64,000 nucleotides of DNA from Lingula anatina (lineage: Eukaryota > Animalia > Brachiopoda): assembly GCA_051362555.1 (NCBI GenBank), contig CM120645.1, forward strand, positions 7,006,001 to 7,070,000, given 5' to 3'. Position numbers and translations under genes: made by a program. Numbering within the stretch: position 1 is the stretch's first letter; every line of letters begins with the position of its first letter. The notes beneath the pieces are model-generated. The model saw nothing but the letters and a program-made list of their open reading frames with translations. It ran no database searches and had not been told where the DNA came from. Shown here piece by piece: positions 61,701 through 64,000 of the stretch.

Positions 61701-63378
61701 AAATGTCTTATCTCCATCATGGACAATCCTTCTCATCATGGACACAGTAGATGGATGGAACAGGTGAAGTGGCAGCATCTGACCAGGTACTAAAACCACA
61801 CCTGGCAAGGTGAGAATAGGCAGGGTATGCAGACTGTCATCTTCATGAACTGTGCGACCTCTGACCTCTTCAAGGTCATTGCCAAGGTACTTGAAAACAG
61901 TGACAATGTTATGGTAGATTTTGTGAAAGAATTATGGTTTGTAGTACAGTAGGTTAAAAATTGTTTATGATCAAAGCATTGGAAATTGCTTAAAAATCAA
62001 TTCCTGAGACTCTTTGATATATATTCCAGGATTTTCACAAGCTAGCCACACCAAATGACCACACTGATTCACATGAGATTTGCAAGATAAACATACTTCA
62101 GGTGTACACATCTTAGGTCTAACCTTGGGAGCTTGCAGAATAGTAACTGGAACTGGAACAATCAAAGCAGCTCAGATATGTAATGTCAGTAATTTATCCA
62201 CACCATTTTGTAATGTATATTAGAGTAATATAAAATGTATCACAAAAAAAATTAAGAAATTAAGAAGATAGAAACACTTTTTATACAGAAATAAATGTAA
62301 TTTCTAAACTTACTGAGTGAGTTCCAGGTAGAGAAGAATCAAAATTGATATCTTCAGGTCGAGGTGGTTGTCGCTCAGGCCTCCTATATCGCCTCCATAG
62401 ACGAAACCTTCCTGACCTTGGCCTTTCTTCTTCTTGTCCTGCGTGCGCTTCAACTGCTGGTGCTACTTCTACTTGACCTTCATCACCATCTGCCTGACCT
62501 TCACCATCGGCTAGATGACCTTCACCTTCATGCCCTTCACCTTGACCTTGCTCCATTGGCTCAGTTCCTGATTCCTCACCTTCTGTGTCATTTTCTGGAA
62601 GGGCAAATGCAGAAATATAAATTTAATTTATAAGCATAACAGTACAAAAGAAAATGCCAAATTTTTTTCAAATATGCCATCCAGTTCTAGACTTTGGATT
62701 TGTTAGAGTAAATATAACGGCAAAAAATATTCACAGCGGAATCACTCCATTCTACAGTATATACAATTTTCCATTATTACAGTACAGTACATTAATGCAA
62801 AACTGAGGATTTTGGTATTTTTATCAAATTCTAAGACAGTGACTTCAAGCACCTTGACCATTTCCTGCTTTTTTTTCAGTTGAGTTCAAAATCATGGAAA
62901 TGACACACCAACTCAATCAATACTACTGCAGCTAGATCAGTGTTACATATCTGTGTCTGTTATTGTCATATACCACTTTCATTTCTGCCGGTTTCTGAGT
63001 ACAATTAATATCTACCAGTTCATTTCACACCAGTATAATAGTTATAAGAATGCCTTTGCGTCAAAACCAGGGTCATAACACTTGAATCCTGAGTTGCACG
63101 TAAAGACACATTTAACCTGGAACCGCCCAACTTTGAGGACCAAAAAAACGCGAGCCTGTTTCACTTGTCTTGACACATGCAGCAGTAATTTGCTAGTACT
63201 CGTACATTCGGTATTTGCGTACTCCCATTCAACTTCTTTCACAACTAGAAAAGACCACATAAAATCACGCAGAAAATGTTTGTTTTCAGAATAAACTGCA
63301 TCATCATTGCTAACCTGAGCTGTCATTCCCCTCTCCGTGGATGTTGTGACCCAGCAAAGGCAAAATATCATCCTCCAT
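55724..63378 (-). CDS. CRBN: Protein cereblon (LON-N domain + CULT/thalidomide-binding domain)
   Basis: 9 exons, approx. 63315-63378, 62314-62594, 61685-61889, 61230-61398, 60817-61009, 60326-60391, 59756-59956, 56108-56302, 55724-55895. Motifs: NFDSSLPGTHSYLGNDLEE, VLVPGQMLPL, LGTTAEV, KAMGRQRF, TWWPPWVYRLYD, DPVEFSYWV, CKDC, AAYVNPGGYVHET, SWFPGYAWT, CHQCGSHLGWRF, KFWGLTR. Confidence 0.97.
56492..59559 (-). mobile_element. Helentron-associated non-autonomous element (HINE/DINE-1-like) with internal satellite array, in a CRBN intron
   Basis: On the - strand: T-rich start, 15 bp subterminal IR TATTGTACCACCAGC (59543-59557), adjacent partial inverted copy forming a hairpin (59525-59555), GC-rich microsatellite (~59453-59497), body, tandem array, second subTIR (56527-56541), short palindrome GAGGCG-N4-CGCCTC (56507-56522), end ...CTAGTT. 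Confidence 0.82.
56680..58556. repeat. Tandem array, about 13 copies of a ~145 bp monomer
   Basis: Recurring AAGTAGGTCAAAGGTCAATTTCAAGGTCAC...TATGACTTCCTATTCAAGTTCAATAGTAACTATGGACCTATCTC...GGAGATAAAAGGGAACCAAAATTTG about every 143-146 bp. Confidence 0.97.
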
Positions 63379-63587
63379 GCTTCATGTTTACCAGGGTGCA
63401 TGTCGGGTAATTTGGTCATGTGACACAAATTGACCAATCAAAGGAAGCACCGTGTACTAAGCAATAACTTCCGCTTTCACAATAACTAAGTTTAAGTCGT
63501 GATCTGTCATCATCTCCGCATTTTGAAGCGATACACAGGGAAGAGAGAAAACTTCAAACAAAAGTTTGGACATATCGGAGTGAAAGG
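63379..63587. promoter_or_regulatory. Bidirectional promoter CRBN / downstream DnaJ-like gene
   Basis: CpG-richer zone with CCAAT (63434) and ETS-like ACTTCCG (~63467); a + strand donor AAG|GTACGG at ~63587 suggests a non-coding first exon. Confidence 0.5.
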
Positions 63588-63916
63588 TACGGAAGGAACT
63601 GGTCAGTGTTTTCTTTTAAAGTTTACACAACAGTTGATGTTTCTTTACCGGCTGTGATGTGATGGAATGTCTGTTTGCTACTACTAGTACAACACATGGC
63701 AACGAAGAAAAAAGACTGGCGAAATTTGTGACGACTCATATTGTTGAATGTTTTTCTACTGTAATGTTAATTTTTGTGAAATTTAGAAAGAAACACAGCT
63801 TCATCGCTTTTAGAAGCCACATTTAAGTGAAAATTGAAGAAGAAAATTCAAATAATGTTTAAATATCATTGTATATTCTACTGTATCTTGATTTCACAGG
63901 TCTTCCCCAGCACACA

Positions 63917-64000
63917 ATGCAGTGTGCCCGCTTACTGCTGCTATCAGCAGTATATACAGTCTGCCAACTGGGCTTGGTTTTGGCTGCTGCTAGGGACTAC
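63917..64000 (+). CDS. N-terminus of a signal-peptide protein, probably ER-lumenal DnaJ (DNAJB9/DNAJB11-like); 3' partial
   Basis: After acceptor TTTCACAG (63899) an ATG opens MQCARLLLLSAVYTVCQLGLVLAAARDY to the window end: a hydrophobic signal peptide followed by RDY, like the start of a J domain (RDYYxILGV). Only 28 codons are visible. Confidence 0.55.
   Translation, partial: MQCARLLLLSAVYTVCQLGLVLAAARDY

Noticed and set aside
63042-63437. 131 aa minus-strand ORF at the CRBN 5' end
   Set aside because: Overlaps CRBN exon 1 in another frame and runs into the intron; the MEDDILPLL frame is the one that splices in phase to exon 2.
63434-63452. Possible ER-stress element CCAAT-N9-CCACG upstream of the DnaJ-like gene
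   Set aside because: Sequence is CCAAT-N9-CACCG, two mismatches in the essential half; only the CCAAT box is supportable.

Overview
Intron-rich, AT-rich invertebrate animal DNA, lophotrochozoan-like (species not determinable). Most ORF-track entries are single exons or noise. Exons were joined by hand from splice sites, so exon coordinates may be off by a few bases. Genes in order: a 5'-truncated NIDO-IPT-AMOP-VWD-Sushi-TM receptor (SUSD2/Mesh/MUC4 family, +), ALG12 (+), TMEM110/STIMATE (-), an SFMBT1/2-type Polycomb gene (+), DNAJC2 (-), an ADP-ribosylglycohydrolase (+), cereblon (-), and the first 28 codons of a probable ER DnaJ protein (+). From ALG12 onward the genes alternate strand, with three short divergent promoters. 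Mobile DNA: a PIF/Harbinger-like element (585-1676), a nested cluster of CACTA-like elements (12.3-16.2 kb), small MITEs, and a 3 kb Helentron/HINE-like element with about 13 x ~145 bp tandem repeats in a CRBN intron. Best observations: a tyrosine-motif-rich receptor tail whose frame continues past the TAA to another YxxI motif, a U12 intron in ALG12, a GC-AG intron in DNAJC2, an array of perfect DR1 nuclear-receptor motifs inside the Helentron, STIMATE-SFMBT adjacency as in human, and two long hairpins. No clearly new biological system can be proven from sequence alone.
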